Shown here: piece after piece, positions 20,137 to 30,778 of the stretch
Position numbering within the stretch: position 1 is the stretch's first letter
Layout of the letters: each line of letters begins with the position of its first letter
Assembly: GCA_965217185.1 (NCBI GenBank)
Contig: OZ244252.1
Span: 2,528,001-2,592,000 of the forward strand
DNA: 64,000 nt
DNA from: an uncultured Candidatus Entotheonella sp.
GTDB lineage: Bacteria > Tectomicrobia > Entotheonellia > Entotheonellales > Entotheonellaceae
Direction of reading: 5' to 3'
Notes under the pieces: model-generated
Database searches by the model: none
What the model saw: the letters and a program-made list of their open reading frames with translations, nothing else
Told to the model about the DNA's origin: nothing
Translations under genes and position numbers: made by a program

Positions 20137-20544
20137 TTAGGCAACCTTGATCTCGATCTGACGGGGTACTGCCGCCTTGGTTTTGCGAATACGGAGCTGC
20201 AGGACGCCGTTTTTGAGCTCAGCGTCAACCTGGTCCGTATCCAGCGCATTGTCGAGTCTGAATTGGCGAAGTACCGAGGCCGGCTCATATTCCTGGTAAC
20301 GCGCTTTGCCAGGAAGCATCTGTGGGGCACGCCCCTTGATGGTAAGAACGTTTTGGGTCACGCTCACCTCGAGATCGTCCTGCGACACGCCCGGCAGGTC
20401 CGCCGCGAGGGCAAAGCCGTCCGCCGTTTCGTAAATATCGACCGGCGGCGACATGTAATGCTCAGGGCGGCCATTCGTCGCCGCCACCGCAGGCGTTGCC
20501 TTCGGGGTTTCTGCTACTGCAACATTGTTTTCGGTCATCTTCAA
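20137..20544 (-). CDS. Hsp20/alpha-crystallin small heat-shock protein
   Basis: PPVDIYET, ADLPGV, AELKNGVL. Confidence 0.92.
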   Translation of the reverse strand: MKMTENNVAVAETPKATPAVAATNGRPEHYMSPPVDIYETADGFALAADLPGVSQDDLEVSVTQNVLTIKGRAPQMLPGKARYQEYEPASVLRQFRLDNALDTDQVDAELKNGVLQLRIRKTKAAVPRQIEIKVA

Positions 20545-20592
20545 TTTCCTCCATGGTTGATTTGGTTTTTCAGTTGCTGCCTTGCACGGCCA

Positions 20593-21042
20593 CTACGCGA
20601 CCGTCTGGATGCTGATCTGCTTGGGTGTATCCTGGCCCAGTTTGGGCATGGTTACTCTGAGCATGCCGTCAGCATACTCGGCGCTCACGTTATCCGTTTC
20701 CACCTCCATAGGCAGGGTGAAGCGGCGCTCGAATTTGCCTTCGGAACGCTCCTTGCGGTGAAACACCTTCGGCTCGGCGTCCGTATGCAAGGGTCGTTTC
20801 TCGCCCGACAGCGTCAGGGTGCGCCGGACCACGGACAGATTCAGGGTCTCGGGATCGGCGCCGGGGACCATGGCCTCGACGTACAAAGCCTCCGGGCCCT
20901 CGTGCAGCCGGATGGACGGGTAATTGCCGAATGCATGGTCTACCATACCCGCCACCGGCGGCGTGAATCGCAGGCCGGTGAAGGCTTTGTCCATCTCGTG
21001 CCACAGGGTCTCGATGTCGTTCCACACAGGACTTTTTATCAT
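20593..21042 (-). CDS. Hsp20/alpha-crystallin small heat-shock protein
   Basis: ERSEGKFERRFTLP, AEYADGML. Confidence 0.92.
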   Translation of the reverse strand: MIKSPVWNDIETLWHEMDKAFTGLRFTPPVAGMVDHAFGNYPSIRLHEGPEALYVEAMVPGADPETLNLSVVRRTLTLSGEKRPLHTDAEPKVFHRKERSEGKFERRFTLPMEVETDNVSAEYADGMLRVTMPKLGQDTPKQISIQTVA

Positions 21043-21124
21043 TGCCGTGCTCCTTCATCAGAAAGGGATGGTCAACATTCCTTGGGCTGCCTCTTGGCGT
21101 CCCAACTACACCTTCCGGGTAGAG

Positions 21125-21140
21125 GCAATCTCTGTGCCAA
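21125..21140 (-). promoter_or_regulatory. sigma54 (-24/-12) promoter
   Basis: TTGGCACAGAGATTGC matches TGGCAC-N5-TTGC, about 80 bp upstream of the first hsp20. Confidence 0.7.
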
Positions 21141-21199
21141 AATCAAAACACCTCGGTTTTTCCGGTAGAACGCGAAGCGTCGCCATTGTTTGCTCAGGC

Positions 21200-21930
21200 G
21201 CAAGGTTGCAAGGCGTAACACCGTGCGACGTTGCCTGCGCCTGGAAGCAACGTCGCATCCGCGGCACCGGTCAGGCGCCGGCATCGATGTCCGGCGGGTT
21301 TTCGATGTCCACGTTGAGGACGCCATCGCGAACGTCCACCCGCACGGCGGCGCAGTTCGTCGGCGAGCAGGTCGACGATGCGTTCAATCTCGTCCAGGGT
21401 CAGGATTTTGAACAGCACTGTGTCGTCCACCCGGTTGAGAAACTCCGGGCGGAAGTGCTGCCGCAACTCCTGCATGACGGCCGTTCGCGCCGTTTCGTTG
21501 ATGTCGCCGGCGGCCGAAATGCCCTCCAGCAGGTGCTGCGAGCCGATGTTCGACGTCATGATGATTACCGTGTTCTTGAAGTCCACAGTGCGGCCGTGGG
21601 CGTCGGTGACGCGGCCGTCGTCGAGAATCTGCAGCAGCACGTTGAACACGTCGTGGTGCGCCTTCTCGATCTCGTCGAAGAGGATCACCGTGTAGGGCTT
21701 GCGCCGCACCGCCTCGGTGAGCTGGCCGCCCTCCTCGTAGCCGACGCACCCCGGCGGCGCGCCGATGAGGCGGGACACCGTGTGCCGCTCCATGTATTCG
21801 CTCATGTCGATGCGCACGATGTTGTCTTCGCTGTCGAACAGCGCCGCCGCCAAGGTCTTGGCGAGTTCCGTTTTGCCCACGCCGGTGAGGCCGAGAAAGA
21901 TGAACGAGCCGATCGGACGCCGCGGGTCCT
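21200..21930 (-). pseudogene. clpB: ClpB second AAA domain fragment
   Basis: [48 protein letters not shown]-terminal part absent, 3' end frameshifted. Confidence 0.88.
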
Positions 21931-21966
21931 TAGAGCGGTTTTCGCGCGACTGTATGGGAAACCCAC
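21929..21966. repeat. degenerate Tn3-like 38-bp IR truncating clpB
   Basis: Reverse complement GTGGGTTTCCCATACAGTCGCGCGAAAACCGCTCTAAG; related partial copy ending AAACCGCTCTAAG at 22035. Confidence 0.55.
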
Positions 21967-22340
21967 AGCAGGCAGAACAACCCCGAGTATCCGATGCCAC
22001 AATAGGCCAGGCATACGAACGCAAACCGCTCTAAGACGGCCCGGTGACAACATAGCTGTCATAGAGTGCCAGATGAACGCCGTTTCATTTAACGACCCGA
22101 TACTGTTGGCAAACCGCAAACGAGGGTGGTCGCTGGCACGTGACGCGGGGGTGCTCTTGCCGGCTGGGAGATCAAACAGGGAAGCACTGACGGTTGGCGA
22201 AAACGGTGCGGCGGGGCCTGTCTGTGTCTTTCAGAGACTGGACACGGTTGCGATATTCTGAATAAAACAGGTAATATGAAACACGAACCGCAGCCCCTCG
22301 TGGGCCAATCACGAACACATCGCAAACGACCGTATAAGAC

Positions 22341-22952
22341 ATGAACATCGGATATGCCCGCGTCTCCAAGGCCGGGGACGCACAGAACCTCGATCTCCAA
22401 TACGACGCCCTGACGGCCGACGGCGTGGCCAGGGAATTTATCTACGAGGACCGCGCCTCGGGCAAGAAAGACAGCCGACCCGGGCTTGACGCCTGTCTCA
22501 AGGCGCTACGCGAGGGCGACACGCTCGTCGTGTGGAAGCTCGATCGCCTCGGGCGCGACCTGCATCACCTCGTCAGCGTCGTGCAGGAGCTCACGGAGCG
22601 CGGGGTCGGCCTGCGTGTGCTGGCCGGCCAGGGTGCGCAGATCGACACGGCAACCCCGGCCGGCCGCCTCGTCTTCGGCATCTTCGCCGCCCTGGCGGAG
22701 TTTGAACGTGAACTGATCCGCGAGCGCACCGTCGCCGGACTGGAAGCCGCCCGCGCCAGAGGGAGAAGGGGTGGCCGCAAGTTTGCCCTCACCAAGGCCC
22801 AGGTTCGTCTCGCTCAGGCCGCCATGAAGAGTCGTGACACCTCGGTTGCCGAACTTGCCCAGGAACTCCACGTCAAACCCGTTACCCTCTACCGCTACGT
22901 CGGGCCGAAAGGCGAGTTACGCGAGAACGGAAAGCGCGTCCTCAACGCTTAG
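22341..22952 (+). CDS. serine recombinase/resolvase
   Basis: MNIGYARVS, KLDRLGR, AEFERELIRERT; divergent tnpA start scrap near 22160-22220. Confidence 0.93.
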   Translation: MNIGYARVSKAGDAQNLDLQYDALTADGVAREFIYEDRASGKKDSRPGLDACLKALREGDTLVVWKLDRLGRDLHHLVSVVQELTERGVGLRVLAGQGAQIDTATPAGRLVFGIFAALAEFERELIRERTVAGLEAARARGRRGGRKFALTKAQVRLAQAAMKSRDTSVAELAQELHVKPVTLYRYVGPKGELRENGKRVLNA

Positions 22953-23165
22953 GGCAGGGGCGTGCGGTTCGCCCGCGTTCATCATGGACTGGCATCCGGC
23001 TTGGGGTGTTGGCTTTCGACGGTGGTTTTGGGGATAGGGGGCACAGAGGGAAAGGGGTAGAATGATTGAGCCCAGTGACCGACCGGGCTCAACCGTACGG
23101 ACAGGAGAGGACATGGACCGCAAGGCACTCGGCGAAGATGAACGCTAACAGGAAAGGGCGATCCC

Positions 23166-23936
23166 ATGGCGCGCGTGACCATCGTTCCCGAAACCATCGA
23201 CTACCCGGACTCGGACGGGCTGCCCATGGCTGAGAGCGAATCGCAGTTCTGGCCGATCCTCTACGTCGGCTCCGCCCTGGACCGCTACTACCAGACGCGC
23301 GACGACGTGTACGTCGTCGGCAACCTGCTTCTGTATTACCAGGAGGGCGACCCTGGCAAATCGATATCGCCGGACCTCGTGGTGGTGCTGGGGGCATCGA
23401 AGCACATTCGTTCGTCCTACCGGTTGTGGGAGGAGCCGAAGGCGCCGGACTTCGTTCTGGAGATTGCTTCGGAGAGCACGCACCGGATCGACCGGGGTGA
23501 GAAGCGTGACCTCTATGCCGGCATGGGCGTTTCAGAGTACTGGCAGTACGACCCGGTGGGTAACTATCTCGAGCCGCCGTTGTTGGGCTTTCGGCTCGCC
23601 GAGGGTCGTTATCTGCCGATCTCCGCTATGGCACAGGAGGGCGGCATGTTGGCGCTGCGCAGCGAGGTGTTGGGGCTGGAGTTGCGGCTGACGTCGGGTG
23701 CGCCGGTTCGGGAGGCGCTACACTTTTATGATCCGGTGCACGGTGAGTATCTGCGGACTTACCGGGAAGAGGCGCAGGCGCGCCGGGAGGCCGAGGGGCA
23801 CCTGGAACAAGCTGAAGACCGCCTGGAGCAGACCGAAGGGCAGTTGCGAGAGACGCAAGACCGCCTGCGGGAAGAACAGTCGGCGCGCCAGGCGCTGGAG
23901 GCCGAGCTTCGGGAGCTGCGGCAGCGCGGGCGCTGA
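23166..23936 (+). CDS. Uma2-family endonuclease with coiled-coil tail
   Basis: YPDSDGLPMAES, SPD, PDFVLEIASEST, EYWQYDP. Confidence 0.9.
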   Translation: MARVTIVPETIDYPDSDGLPMAESESQFWPILYVGSALDRYYQTRDDVYVVGNLLLYYQEGDPGKSISPDLVVVLGASKHIRSSYRLWEEPKAPDFVLEIASESTHRIDRGEKRDLYAGMGVSEYWQYDPVGNYLEPPLLGFRLAEGRYLPISAMAQEGGMLALRSEVLGLELRLTSGAPVREALHFYDPVHGEYLRTYREEAQARREAEGHLEQAEDRLEQTEGQLRETQDRLREEQSARQALEAELRELRQRGR

Positions 23937-23963
23937 GGCGGCACGAGCGGAATTCCCACCCAT

Positions 23964-24110
23964 GTTCCACTGCGTCGCCAGAAAGCGGCCATTTCCGCCG
24001 CGACTGTCCCACCGTTTCGGCCTGAAACCGGCGAAATCGCTCTTCCCGGTGGAGAGCTGGCCGCGACTGCCCTTTCGTCCAGCAACGACGCGGATCCAAA
24101 ATTTACAGAA
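23964..24110. repeat. 147-bp conserved non-coding sequence abutting a dif-like site (copy 2)
   Basis: Similar to 6746-6892. Confidence 0.75.
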
Positions 24111-24127
24111 AATCGTTTATCGGAAAT
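24100..24127 (-). other. dif-like site
   Basis: ATTTCCGATAA-ACGATT-TTCTGTAAATT. Confidence 0.68.
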
Positions 24128-24139
24128 TCATAGCTAAAG

Positions 24140-24739
24140 TGAATCCCGTTTGATACCAAGAGTTTTGGTAAGAGGCTCATCCGGTCGTGGCAAAACGCCC
24201 TCGCAGGAACTCCAACTCCAAAAAACTCGTGATCTCAAACGAAACGCACATTAGGTCAGTGCGACAGACTTTCTTCGTTCCACCAGAACTTGTCGACGAA
24301 CCCTTCAGCGTCACCGCTTCTCAATTCGTTTGGGCGTAGGTCTCAAATTGACCAGTTAGGCGGCCCGTCCGTGCGCCAATTTTGTAGATAAACCAACAAT
24401 ACTCCAGAGGAGTGCTGCCCATCACCCACCGTCCTACGTGACACTTTGTCACCTCGCGCATCAATCATGTCCCCAAGCCGTACCAAACCCCCTCAGAATC
24501 GCTCAATTTCGGACTTACACCCATTCGTTTGGCGAGAATAGATAGCCATTGGCGTATAGTTTGATGCGGCCGATTTGGAGGTCCAGGGCGAAGGTAGTAC
24601 CGACAGCCTGAAAAACGCCGACACATTCATACTCTGCAATGTCTGCATTGCTTTTGCCGTAGATAAAATCTCGGTCGAACAGCAATAGGTCATCATCACC
24701 AGGCAAATTGGGTAGACGGTGGTAGATGGCAAATACCAT
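24140..24739 (-). pseudogene. degraded lower-GC hypothetical gene
   Basis: 74-aa ORF at 24515-24739 followed by stop-riddled protein-like sequence. Confidence 0.3.
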
Positions 24740-24935
24740 GTCATGTTCCTTTCATGCGCTCACTTTGCAAGGTCGGGCTGTCTTCCTCTCATTCCCTCGC
24801 AGCGTATTCCTTTGTCTGGCGTTCGTAGCGGTTGCATTGCTGAACCCGCTTGCGTTCACTGGAGGTCACGAAGTGCACCCGGCCACCTTGTCATGTTGGC
24901 TCCCGGCCAATCGCTCACCGTGAAGAAAGTGTGTT

Positions 24936-25685
24936 GTGATGCGGACGATCCTACCGACGATAACAGGTTTTGGATTGTTTGTGCTCGCGTGGGGGCTGCA
25001 TCCATTCGGTTGGGAACCGGCGCCGCATCCTACGTGGAGCTGGATTCTGTGTGGGCTGGGGTTGTTGATCACCATAGGCTCCGTAGTGGAGGGAATGGAA
25101 GAGCCCCATCTCAACCGGCGTCAAAGACGGCCTGTCTACATCTACATGGGAGGTATGTGGCTAACCGCTGAACAGTTCGACCGTACTGCCCAAGGACTCG
25201 TGTGTATTGGCGGATTACTGATGATTGGACTGGGCTGGTACCTGGAGTTCGTATTATTGGCGCTGTCGTACATATTGGGTGGCGTCCTGTATCTGGCGAG
25301 TTTCGTACTCGTAGGTCTTGGCGCCCGGGGATTTGTCACCACGCGCCGCCGCGTTAAGGATGCTTTCTCCAACGAATGGCAGCGTCAGAGTGCAGGTCGT
25401 AACTCACGAGATGATGACGAGACTTTCTCTGATAAACAACGGCGACAGCAGCGCGAGGGCGACGCTGCCGGTTCGCGCCATGAGGCTTCTGCTTCGTTTG
25501 ATCCTTGGCATGTGCTAGAGATCGCGCGTGATGCGACTCGGGAAGAGATTCATAACGCATTCAGGGAACAAATGAAACGATACCACCCCGATAGGGTGTC
25601 CCATCTCGGCGAAGAATTGCGGGAAGTCGCCGAACGCAAGACGAAGGACATTAACCGAGCTTACCAGATGCTTAGCAGACGTTGA
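24936..25685 (+). CDS. membrane protein with C-terminal J domain (DjlA-like)
   Basis: Several TM segments; DPWHVL...YHPDRV...INRAY. Confidence 0.85.
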   Translation: MMRTILPTITGFGLFVLAWGLHPFGWEPAPHPTWSWILCGLGLLITIGSVVEGMEEPHLNRRQRRPVYIYMGGMWLTAEQFDRTAQGLVCIGGLLMIGLGWYLEFVLLALSYILGGVLYLASFVLVGLGARGFVTTRRRVKDAFSNEWQRQSAGRNSRDDDETFSDKQRRQQREGDAAGSRHEASASFDPWHVLEIARDATREEIHNAFREQMKRYHPDRVSHLGEELREVAERKTKDINRAYQMLSRR

Positions 25686-25698
25686 ACCACTTCCAGCC

Positions 25699-25732
25699 GC
25701 CCCTCCGGGGGATGCTCCGGAGGGGCTTTTTT
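25699..25732 (+). terminator. intrinsic terminator
   Basis: GCCCCTCCGG...CCGGAGGGGC followed by TTTTTT. Confidence 0.8.
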
Positions 25733-25740
25733 GCGTCCGA

Positions 25741-25768
25741 AGGCGACATAACCGCCCTTATCAGAACC
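25741..25768 (-). other. dif-like site
   Basis: GGTTCTGATAA-GGGCGG-TTATGTCGCCT. Confidence 0.7.
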
Positions 25769-25910
25769 AACGGGCAAGGGCTGCAACTCCTCATGCTATA
25801 GTGCGCTTGAGAGACCCTGACTGCCTTCGCGCGATACTATATAGTACCCCCTAAGTTGTGGAACCCCAGCTACGTAAGGAGAGCCTCCGCGATGATTCAA
25901 CGATTCTCGG

Positions 25911-27327
25911 TTGGAGGGTGCACCGGCCGCCTCTGTCACGTCCTTGGTACTCCTGGCTTTCTCCTTGGTGCTCCTGGCTTTCATTGCCCTGAGCCTGCCT
26001 GTACTTGCAGGTGCCCAGCAGACCTGCCAGCCCGATGGCGATGTCGACCAGAACGGAAGCGTGACCGCTGCGGATGCCCTGCTGGTATTTCAACAGGCAT
26101 TGAACCTGGCCAGTCTGAGTGTGTGCCAGCAGACCATCGCAGATGTGTCCCCCCAACCGGCCATGCCCGACGGCAACATCACTGCGGCGGACGCTCTGTG
26201 CATCTTCCAGAGGGCTCTCAGCTTGCCGTCCTGCTTCGACAGCGTGCCACCATCTAACCAGCTACCTGTCGCTAATGCGGGTCCGGACCGCTCCGTAGAT
26301 GCAGGCACGATGGTCATCTTGTCGGCCACGGCGAGTGACCCGGACGGCACGATTGACGGCTATGCGTGGGAGCAGATGGGTGGCACGACAATAATTCTGG
26401 CTGGTGCTGACACTGCTACCGCCATCTTCATCGCACCTGATGTGTCGGCGGATGAGACGCTTACCTTCCGCATCATCGTCACCGATGACGATGATGCGAC
26501 TAGTAGTGCGTCAATCTTTGATCACGGGATAGAGATGATGCAACTTGACCCGTTTCGTCAATTCGGTCCGTTCTTCTTCACTCAAACGGACCACATAGAG
26601 CTTCTTCACAATCATCCCTCCCAGCTTATGGCCAGCAGCTTACTGGGAGGCAACTTATCATGCCTGTGCATTACGTTGAACAGCTACTAGCAGTGACGAT
26701 GTAAAGGTGACGGTCACAGCCGGGATCGCTCCGGCCGATGAAGACACGTGTGTCGACGAGCTCGAGCAAGCCGTCGCTTTTACCTCTCTGGACGGCACAT
26801 ACAACACTGGCGTTCCTACACTATGGGATGGTACGCCGTTCATCGTCGACGTCTCGTCCACCTTCCCGAATGCGCATGAACTGCTTAACGTCGTAGAGGA
26901 AGAAGCAACGATAATCCACGCGGCCTTGGGCTATAAGATTGTCGTTGCCGGTGACGTGTTACCCCTTGCCAACCTCACAGATACTCAGCTCACCAATGCT
27001 CTGTCGGGCAGCCAACTGATTCCGCCAGACCAGCATATTGAAATCCGATGCTGCGATGATAACGCCGGGACCGCCTTTCCCTGGTGGCGCATGATTCTGT
27101 TGACGGTCGATGGTGAGATGCAGGCACGGCACAACATCGTCCACGAGCTGTATCATGTGTTGGGCTTTGTACATTCTGACGAGACGGAAGGCGTGACGAT
27201 GAGCTATCCACTCGACCTTGCGCTGGAGTTTCCACCAGATGAAGAAGGCAATATCATCGGTGACTGGTACTTCTACACGTTATCAACGCCGGACGACTTG
27301 GCGAAGCTGGCGTGCATCTATGACTGA
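25911..27327 (+). pseudogene. secreted dockerin-like/PKD/zinc-metalloprotease, interrupted by an IS630-derived MITE
   Basis: GDVDQNGSVTAADAL repeats, PVANAGPD PKD start, HELYHVLGFVH metzincin motif; removing 187 bp restores ATSSDDVKVTV in frame. Confidence 0.82.
26503..26687 (-). mobile_element. internally deleted IS630-family element
   Basis: Inserted in CTAG with TA duplication; minus strand fuses transposase start VKKLYVVRLSEEERTEL to end RVKLHHLYPVIKD*. Confidence 0.8.
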
Positions 27328-27607
27328 GCAACCATTGCTTGCCATAACGTGCCAGTATATGGTCGGGTAAGTGTAGCGGCTTGAGATCATCGAAGCTTGG
27401 ACAAGATCATCGCGATTTCTGGCCCACATTAACTGAGTGATCATTGGACCAACTTTGGGCCATACCCGAATTCGGCAAGCTCTTCAGCATTCCCGGGTCA
27501 CCGCCACCGAATGCCATTCAACAGACAGTAGCAGAAACGCCGCTTACTGAGCAGTTGCTCATCATCGAATCGGAAACCGGCTCCGGCAAAACGGAGAAGA
27601 CTGGTTA

Positions 27608-28458
27608 GGGCCTGTTGACATTCACATAGTTTCTCGGCTGTAATGGAAGGGAATACAACCCCAATCCATACCAGCCAAGAGGAGGTGGGCGCATGGTGCG
27701 AAGAATCCTCAGCGACTCGCAATGGGCGCGTGTGGCGCTGCTGTTACCCGGAAAGGACGGCGATCCTGGACGATCCGCAAGAGACAATCGGGAGTTCCTC
27801 GAAGCCGTTTTGTGGATTGCTCGTACCGGTTCGCCGTGGCGTGACTTGCCCGACGAGTTCGGGCTGTGGAACTCGGTCTTTCAACGCTTCCGCAGGTGGG
27901 CACTCAAAGGCGTCTTCGAGCGCGTTTTCAAGGTCTTGTCGGTCGATGCCGACTTCGAGTACGTGCTCATCGACGGCACCATCGTGCGCCTCCATCAACA
28001 CGGTGCCGGGGCAAAAGGGGGACCCAAAGCCAAGCCATCGGTCGCTCGCGAGGGGGGCCAAGCACGAAGATCAGCGTGATGGTCGACGCCCTGGGCAACT
28101 TGGTGGATTTTGTGCTGCTGCCGGGCCAGCGCCATGATTTGATCGGTGTTGCTGCCTTGCTTGATGGCGTCGAGTTCGAGGCGCTGATTGCAGACCGGGC
28201 CTACGACAGCAACGCCCTGCGCGACGAGTTGAAAGAGCGCGGTGCGACGGCGGTGATTCCCCCCAGATCGAATCGCGTCGATGAGATCGACTACGACCGG
28301 GAGATGTACAAGTGGCGTCATCTGGTGGAGAATTTCTTTTGTAACCTCAAGCAGTTCCGTCGTCTTGCGATGCGTTTTGAGAAGACGGATGTGAGCTACG
28401 CCGCGATGATACATGTGGTGAGTTCTCGCTTGGCACTTGCCTAAATGTCAACAGGCCC
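27608..28458 (+). mobile_element. IS5-family insertion sequence (IS427-like, two ORFs)
   Basis: IR GGGCCTGTTGACATT with TA flanks. Confidence 0.92.
27693..28444 (+). CDS. IS5 transposase, -1 frameshift at AAAAGGGGG (about 28013-28021)
   Basis: LSDSQW..WIARTGSPWRDLP, IDGT, ADRAYDS, YKWRHLVENFF. Confidence 0.9.
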
Positions 28459-28889
28459 TAGTACATGCCAACTATCTCCTGGGCAACGAATTTGCCGAGC
28501 GAGGCAGCGCTCGTAGTGCCTATATCAAGCGCGACAAATCATTCTTCTCAGACAACCGGGAGGTGCTCTTCCCCACCGACGAAGAGAGGATACGCACGCG
28601 ACTGGGTGAAGACCGAATAGATGCCATCTTCAAACCCCAACCCATCAGCCCGTTTGAGACCGGGCGACTTATCGACAAGATGGCTAGATCGATACGTTGG
28701 CTGCAACAAAAACGGGAGGTGCCGGAGACCGTGGAAACAACGGCAAGCGGCGGCGGGTTCGACTTTAACGTGGGGGATCGGACATTCCGTTACGACCGGA
28801 AAGGACTACGCAGGGCTTAGGGTAGGAAAAGTGGTGACGCTTTGGGTTTTCGCAATGGCTGCCGGCCTGTTAGGGGTATTCAAATTTCC

Positions 28890-29225
28890 TCAATCCGTTT
28901 CCGTTGCCGGCGTTTCGGGGGCTTGGCCGGCGCCCTGCTGAAGCAGGGTTTCCACCCGCGTCAGGCGCTCTCGGAGCTCCGAGAGGTCTTGGCGGATGGC
29001 CTTGAACTCCGTGTCTACGGTCTCGAATCCGCGCTGCATGTCCTGACGCAGCAGGCGCAGGTCTTCACGTAGGGGCGCGACCGTTAGCGACACGACGAGA
29101 GCAGTTCCAGCGATGATGACAGCGGCCAGCCCTGTCAGGGCGGTGAGGACCGGTGTCAGTTCCTTAAACATCGTCCATGCCGGTCTTGCCGGCTGCGTTG
29201 GCAGGGTCTGGTTTTCCACAGCCAT
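28890..29225 (-). CDS. small TM-anchored coiled-coil protein
   Basis: MAVENQ...TM...LREDLRLLRQDMQRGF...LRERLTRVETLL. Confidence 0.7.
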   Translation of the reverse strand: MAVENQTLPTQPARPAWTMFKELTPVLTALTGLAAVIIAGTALVVSLTVAPLREDLRLLRQDMQRGFETVDTEFKAIRQDLSELRERLTRVETLLQQGAGQAPETPATETD

Positions 29226-29783
29226 GGGGATTTTCCTTCCTCTTTTGACATCATACGCAGGTTCATGCGTGAAACAAGTTAAGGTCCTGAAGGTGCAGGC
29301 AGGGTGGACCTTTACGTGGAGCCGTGGGGGAAGCTCGCAAATTGCGGCAGAATTCCTACCGCCTTCGCGCCGGCGAACTGCCGAATAGAGATGGCGATGA
29401 AATAGCTCGTCCGATATCCCAACTGCCATGCCTGTGAAAAGAGACCGTCCAATCCTCGAATCGTCATTCCGGCGCATGGCCCTGCCCCGCACCTGATACG
29501 GGGTCCGGGGGTGACGTTCTTGCGCCGGAGTGACCGCTCTCGGGAGGCCTGTGTTTATGACTTGTTTGTGGTCTGTGGACCCTGCCCCGGCATGAACGGG
29601 GGGCCCCCACGGATTCCCGCCCGCTCGGTCGGAGGGCAGCCGCGTAACGTCACTTAGAGGGTGTTTGTGAATAGCGCCGCCTCCGGCATCCATTGACAGC
29701 CGGTGGATGCCCGCCCCCGATCGGAGTCGAGGGCAGGCTTTTCGTGGGAATTTCCATGCCCTGAAGGCCACATAAGAGCCATG

Positions 29784-30778
29784 GGTAGTGGCTCACTTTC
29801 AAATTTCCTTCTCACACCAACGCTTCCCCCTCTCCCTAGTGGGAGAGGGCCGGGGTGAGGGGGACTGGGGTCTCCCCCTCTCCCTGGTGGGAGAGGGTCG
29901 TGTTCAGTTTCAGGAATTTTGCTCAGAGTTTATCACGATATCTGGCGGAAGTTTGGTCAGGTCGGGGTCAGTTAGTCAGGCTCGTGTTCAGGATATTTGG
30001 CGGAGTTAGTAAATCGGTTCAGGATGTCTGGGGGGATGTGTCGGTAGGTAGAGTAGCGGTGGCGAAATTGGCGCAGGAAGCGCCGGAGGCAGCTTTCGCT
30101 TGGGGCGGTGAGGGGTCGGTACCTGTGCTGCTGCCCTGGACTTGCGCTATGCGGACGGTACGGTTTCTTCCCCGAAGCGCCCGGCGATCCAGCCTTCGAT
30201 GCGCGAAAGGCGTTCTTTGATGCTCGTCAGGCCGGCTTCGATGCGCTCCATGCGCGCCTCGATGCGGTCCATGCGCGCCTCGATGCGGTCCATGCGAGCG
30301 CTCAGGTTGGCGTTCAAAGCGCTCAGGTTGGCGTTCAAGCTGCCGTACAAGCGCCATTGCAGACCCGCCAGCGCTACGCCGACGCCGATAATGGCCCAGA
30401 ATTCCGGGTTCACGGCCTCTCCTTGTTCTCTAACTGAAATCATTCGTTGCTACTCAGTATTGGCTTTGTGCAGGAAAGGGTCAAGAGCTTTCGAGTTGTG
30501 TCGTTGTGTGGGTGACAGGATATCTGGCGGAGTCAGGTTTTGCAGGATATCTGTCGTTTGCGACAGAATTCTTGGAACTAAACAGGTCGGGGTGAGCCGG
30601 ACTGGGGGTCTCCCCCTCTCCCCTTGATGGGAGAGGGTCGGGGTGAGCCGGACTGGGGGTCTCTCCCCCTCTCCCCTGGTGGGAGAGGGTCGGGGTGAGG
30701 GGGAAACCGGCGCCGGACGACCGAACGTGCAACCCGTCTGGGACACGTGAGCCAGTCTTTTCAAACTGAGCCACTATC
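29784..30778. mobile_element. expanded MITE with GGTAGTGGCTCA ends carrying a small gene
   Basis: Ends and subterminal DNA similar to 36204-36441; no clear TSD. Confidence 0.68.
30147..30413 (-). CDS. small TM-anchored coiled-coil protein with heptad repeats
   Basis: GGAGAGG RBS, GTG start; LNANLSA x2 and RMDRIEA-type heptad x3. Confidence 0.72.
   Translation of the reverse strand: MNPEFWAIIGVGVALAGLQWRLYGSLNANLSALNANLSARMDRIEARMDRIEARMERIEAGLTSIKERLSRIEGWIAGRFGEETVPSA

Larger units (their letters stand above)
27400..28820 (+). pseudogene. cas3: Cas3 relic with large internal deletion, split by IS5
   Basis: PNAIQQ...LLIIESETGSGKTE (Walker A region) before the IS; IRTRLGED...FRYDRKGL C-terminus after it. 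Confidence 0.65.

Noticed and set aside
29226..29771. N-terminal extension of ORF 28890-29771
   Set aside because: Runs through palindromic repeats; a better start with an RBS is at 29225.
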